13,484 bases of DNA from Zygophlyctis sp. KS116 (Eukaryota > Fungi > Chytridiomycota). Each line of letters opens with the position of its first letter. Position 1 is the stretch's first letter. The notes below the pieces were generated by a model. That model saw only the letters and a program-made list of their open reading frames with translations, was not told where the DNA came from and did not search any database. The DNA is taken from contig BAAFSQ010000270.1 in NCBI GenBank assembly GCA_054661495.1, positions 1 to 13,484 on the forward strand. Reading direction: 5' to 3'. Below, one piece after another: positions 8,658 through 13,484 of this stretch. The translations under genes and the position numbers were made by a program.

Positions 8658-11042
8658 AAAGAAATCGATGCAAAATTCATAAAATAATCCAGAGATAGAA
8701 GATTGTCCAGTAAATTTATAGAGATGGAGTTTCTCTTGAAACGTTTGACATTGATGACACGATCGGCAGTAATGATCAATTTTCTTAGAGAGATAAGGGA
8801 ACCAAAATCGCATTGAAACCCATTTAATAACAACTTTTGAACTAGGATGTCCCATAGAATCATGAAAACCATAGAGTATTTTCTTTAATTCATCATCTGA
8901 TCGGATTACTTTTCTCGAGAAAGGGTGGCTTTTACGATAAAGCTCGTCATTTATAATTTCGAATGACGTAACTTGTTTCAAAGTATTTCTTGATATTGAT
9001 GTAACATGATCTCCACACAGATAGTTATAAATGACAGAATACATATCGATATTCGCAGTTTCTTCTAAGTTAAATGCACTATGACGGGAGAGAAAATCTG
9101 CTACAATGTTTTCTTTTCCATTCCGATGATTAATCTGAAAATCAAAGGAGAGTAGATAATTAATCCATCGAATAATACGTCCACTTGGTTCTTTAGAATT
9201 TAAAATTGAGGCGACTGCTGAATTATCAGTAAATACTATAAATTTTTGTATAATCAAATATTTTTGGAAGTGTTTAAATCCTGCAACAACGGCTAATGCT
9301 TCTTTTTCGTAATTCGAATAATTCTTCTCTGAAGAGTTCAACTTTCTAGAATAATACGAAATAGGTTTCATTTGGCAAGACCGAGAAACGAACGTAAGAG
9401 CTTCAGGTTGGTAGGGGCGATTAAGTCTAAAAGTGCAGAGAGTTTCGCGGGGGAAGGCTTAACTCCTTCAGCTGAAATGTGGTAACCCAGAAAGAGAAAT
9501 GACGACTGAAAAAATTGGCATTTCTTAAATTTCAATCATACATTGTGCAAGGCAAGAATTTGAAAAACGATGTTCAAATGTTGTATATGCTCGTCCATGG
9601 AATTACTGAAAATGCACAAATCATCCAAGTAAACGACAATAAATTCATATATATAAGGAGCAAAAAGTTGTTACATGAGTCTTAAGAAGTGAGCAGGAGC
9701 GTTAGAAAGTCCAAAAGGCATAACACGAAATCTAAACGTACCAAAGGGAGAAATAAAGAGGTAAAGTCTCGAGTATCTTCGGCAATCGGAATTTGCCAAA
9801 AACAATCGAGTGTGGTAATTATACGTTTACCAGACAATGAGTCAAGACAATCATCGATTCGCGGGATGGGGAATTTATCTTTTATCGTGATTGCATTAAG
9901 TTTCTTTTAGTTGATGCAGAAGCGGATGAGTTCAAGGGTTAGGAATAGGTTTAAATGAATATACCCTTATAAATCTGGAGGAATGGCAGGATTCTCTAGG
10001 ATATTCTTTGTTTGTTTCTCGCAAAGGCTATAACTGGAAATCGGCGGATCTTGCAAATAATCTTTAGTAACTGCATTTAATAAGAAAGTAGTAACCGGTT
10101 TCTCTTCCTGGTCGTTTTCTTCATCATCAATTTCAGAGTCTTCAGAACTATCTGACATAACTGAGTCCTCTAATAGATCTTTTAACTCAGCTTTTGTATA
10201 TAACTGCAGATTGACTCTTCTTCCATTGAAATTTATCGAAAATGAATCTTGTGAATAGACACCTAACATTATGTCACATGACATTTCTTCCAAGATCAAG
10301 AAATTGATTAACAAGCAGCAGCCATCGAAATGAACGTTTAAGTCTGCAGAATATTGAGCGCTACATGTCTTTCCATTTACCGGCTGAAGATAGATAGGTG
10401 TTTTTAATTTCTTAATAGCGTTCAGAGGGACAGCTAGTGACTTCAAACATGCGGCTGAAACGATACAAAACGTTGAACCACTATCGACATAAAGACCAAT
10501 TTTCTTATTACAGATCTCCGCTATAATGTGAGTTGGCTTTTGTGCTTTCTCTAGTGAAGAGACTTTCTTTCCTTTTTTCTGGTTTGGCAAACACTTAATA
10601 AATTCATTTATCATCCTAGGATTTGACTTAACTACTTCCCTGAGCGAAACATCCAACTTTGTATCCATAACTTTAGTCAGCAATGATGACTCTTCTTGGA
10701 ATCGAACAGACTTAGCTATTTTTTTAGAAGGAGGCGTGAATTTAGATCTTTTCATCGTTGGTGTACCATTCGTATCACTGGTCCCATTTATCAAGTCTAG
10801 GACCCTTACTCTCTTTGTATCAAAAGTGTCACTCGGGGTTTGAGAAGCTAAGTTCACGTTATTTGCATTTGTAGCTGGGGGTCTTCCTAGTGGTACGCTG
10901 TTTGATCCAGTCGCTGGTGAACGAGCCCAATAATCAGGATGGAACGTTTTATCACTTGCAATATGCCCTGTCTGATTGCACCGAAAGCATGTTCTTTCTT
11001 CTGTTCTTGTAGAACCTTTTTTCACCAATAAAGCTAACCCTA
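8658..11042 (-). pseudogene. Ty3/gypsy gag 3' part, protease, RT, RNase H and integrase N-terminus, with internal deletions
   Basis: CFRCNQTGH knuckle; LYVDSGST protease; RFCIN.KKLNAITIKDKFPIPRIDD, MPFGLSNAP and YLDD (9620-9631) RT; YYSRKL..EKNYS..EKEALA, FTDN, VADFLSR RNase H; HDSMGH...CHQCQ integrase zinc finger; ends at FCIDF. Confidence 0.95.
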
Positions 11043-11071
11043 CCGTAATTCCGATGGCCTAACGAACGCGT
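11043..11071. repeat. 29-bp pogo terminal inverted repeat (5' end of the element)
   Basis: Identical to 7717-7745, preceded by TA (11041-11042) and followed by the transposase ATG at 11123. Confidence 0.9.
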
Positions 11072-11122
11072 CGTAGCTTTTTTCAATTGTTTATTTACAC
11101 AAGAGTTCGTACGGCCATCGGA

Positions 11123-11345
11123 ATGGAAAATACTCCAGTACATAAGCGCCAAAGAAAGTATAATTTTGACACCTCCGTGAAAAAGAGATTGCTTATTCTA
11201 GTCCAAGAAAAACTTCATTATCAGCTGTATGTAGAGAATACAATATATCAAAGTCCACAGTATCTGGATGGAAGCATCAAATTGATTTAAACTTAGACTA
11301 TCCCAAAGACAATTTACATTACATCAAGGACCTAAATCTACTGGT
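11123..11345 (+). pseudogene. pogo transposase N-terminal helix-turn-helix, frameshifted and truncated
   Basis: MENTPVHKRQRKYNFDTSVKKRL... then, after a frameshift, SLSAVCREYNISKSTVSGWK, a typical pogo N-terminal HTH pattern. Right end approximate. Confidence 0.8.
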
Positions 11346-11649
11346 TATTGTATCGGAATTAGGAAAGCTCAAAATTGTGCATTAATTCGCCTTATTCCTT
11401 ATCGTATGCGTTCAAATGTCCCGGATATATCTTCTTTTTGGGATGTGGAGTGTGAAGTTGATAAATCTCTCAATCATCCTTCAACTCTTTATTCATTAGA
11501 TCTAATGCATTCTTGTGTATCAAAGCCTATCTATGTCATTAATCTCGTCATTCAAGATAACTTCCGATGCAATACGTCAGAAGAGGATTAGTTAATTTTA
11601 TAAAGAGATCTTCTTAGGATAGAAGATAAATAGAATTGATTGAATTTAG

Positions 11650-12565
11650 AGAAGCTCAACACAATTAAAAAACTTATTGAAGCTTATTGAAGATAAGAGC
11701 CAAGCAGCGATCAGATCTAGCCGTAACTCCATTGGATGTCTGAAAATGAGAAAAGGATCAGATCTTACCTCATTCTTCAACAAATTTCATGCTGCATATG
11801 TTCAGTTGATGGACGCAGGAGGAAAATTGACAGAATTGGAGCAGATTGAACTTTTTCTTCAAGCTCTTCCAAATTCCAAGTACTTGGCCGTCAAAGCTCA
11901 ATTTGATCTGTCTACTCAAGTTATAGTAAATGGAATCACAAAAGACAATGATCTCAAATTATCTTATATTTTTGAACGATTGAAAATGTTCGAATTGATC
12001 TCTGCAGATCAATCACAGGAGGCGGAATCTGATCAGGTTTTCAATACGCAAGAAAAAAAATCGATTTCAAAGTCTAGCAACCAGGGCAACAATAAACAGG
12101 GTGGCAAATTCAATGAATCCCTTGTATGTTTTAACTGCGGTGGTTTTGGACACAAACCGTTTCAATGTGCATCTCCCAAACGACCTCAGGACTTTTGTCC
12201 GCCTCATTTGAAGGAAATTATGGACAAGCGAAGTAAGAAACATAAATATGATACATCCAAAGTTTCTACTTTGGATGTATCATATTTATGTTTCTTTTAT
12301 TGACGACTGCAAATCAGAAAAGCAACTAAATAAGATAAATGTGTCTTATTTTGTTTCACCTGAAATGAGATCATCTATATCCACTATCATAGATAGTGGA
12401 GCGAATTGCAACATATTTAATAATTTAGATATGTTCATAAAATCAAAATTCTCTTATTACAAACAACCAAAATCATTACAAACCTATCAAGATAATACTT
12501 CTCCAGATACGATTAGAGAAGGACCTGCATTTATCTATACAAAGATAAATAATATTGAAGTAGGA
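11650..12565 (+). pseudogene. Ty1/copia gag (UBN2-like region and zinc knuckle) plus protease fragment
   Basis: LKMRKGSDLTSFFNKF...LMDAGG...FLQALP.SKY; CFNCGGFGHKPFQC; IIDSGANCNIFNN in the next frame. Confidence 0.88.
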
Positions 12566-12777
12566 AGTCCAGTGGGTTCAATCGATTTAAGATTTTCGTT
12601 CATTGCAAGTTGATTTATTTTTCTTAAAGATATAAAACGTCCACTTGAGCTCCCAGCTTTTTGTGATTTTTAAAATGAGCTATCAAAGTTTTAAATCGGA
12701 CAACTTTGACCAAGATCCAAAATACCACTGATTTGGCAGCCAGTCTTAGAGTCCGGAGAATTTCGCGTTCCGCGCAA

Positions 12778-13484
12778 GTCTACAAACCAAGTTCTCTTTC
12801 TTCTTCTCAAAACCTGGAGGTTGCTCCATGAAGATTTTTTCCTCTAATTTGCCATACAAGAAAGCTGTTACAACATCCATCTGCTGAACTTTCATCTTAA
12901 AATAAACAGCTAATGTTAAAAACAATCTTAACGAATTAAAATGAACCACTGGTGCAAAAGTCTCTTCATAATCTAACCCATATTCTTGAGTGAAACCTTT
13001 TGCTACCAATCTTGCCTTATATCTATCAGGCTTTCCTAGTCAACTAGTTTCCTATCTTTTGGTAATGGTACTAACTCCCAGACATTATTCTTATCTAATG
13101 ACTTCATTTCTTATTTCATAGCTTTCAGCCATTTATCAGAGTCTGAGGATTTCATTGCCTCATTATATGTTCTTGGACCTTTGTCCATTAACAAAACTCT
13201 TTCATTACGGTAATACGATGCTCTCTTTTCATTAATCGGTGGAGCATTGATATCCTTTACTGGGGGTGATTCTCTATCAACCATTGTATATTTACTTCCC
13301 ATGTAATCTCTTTCACCAAAGGGTTGATATTCACTAAAATTTTCATCTACTGATTCATAATCAGATTCATCTTGCATCTCTTCTGAAACGCCAAATTTTC
13401 AACTTCAGTCATCTTTGGTCCAATCCGACTAGTTATTGGAATTTCAAAGTTAACAGTAAGTTTTTCTGTATCACCTTTTGGGAA
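12778..13484 (-). pseudogene. Ty1/copia IN-RT linker and RT N-terminal half
   Basis: PRTYNEAM...KWLKAM.*EMKSL.KNNVWELVPLP, RYKARLVAKGFTQEYGLDYEETFAPV, QMDVVTAFLYGKLEE.IFMEQPPGF. Truncated at VCRL, before the LYGLKQ and YVDD motifs. Confidence 0.95.

Noticed and set aside
9689-9910. Basic 73-aa plus-strand ORF
   Set aside because: Antisense to the gypsy RT.
7715-11071. The identical direct repeat at 7715-7745 and 11041-11071 as CRISPR repeats or LTRs
   Set aside because: Only two copies 3.3 kb apart, with a TA-CCGT start and adjacent transposase halves; explained as pogo TIRs reoriented by inversion.
11350-11640. ORF 11406..11591 and surrounding sequence; also 12570-12775
   Set aside because: No recognisable motif in the frames examined; left unassigned.

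Overview
Eukaryotic, AT-rich transposable-element graveyard; I see no intact host gene. From left to right: (1) a decayed Ty1/copia pol (IN-RT-RH) with an out-of-order gag zinc knuckle/protease block, an LTR-like segment and the start of a further copia gag; (2) a minus-strand CryptonF-type tyrosine-recombinase remnant with 27-29 nt introns; (3) a hAT transposase remnant interrupted by an LTR-like insert; (4) an unassigned coding remnant; (5) a minus-strand copia RNase H fragment; (6) a Ty3/gypsy element with a tRNA-Ala PBS, whose gag was split at a TA by a pogo-like DD35D DNA transposon and then partly inverted; (7) two further copia fragments. The most notable signals are a second, convergent, possibly HIRAN-like ORF inside the pogo TIRs, single telomere-type TAGGGTTA units at several fragment junctions, a base-resolvable insertion-then-inversion history, and clusters of CTA(W)4TAG sites in two LTR-like segments. 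Family calls come from manual translation and motif recognition; no database search was run.
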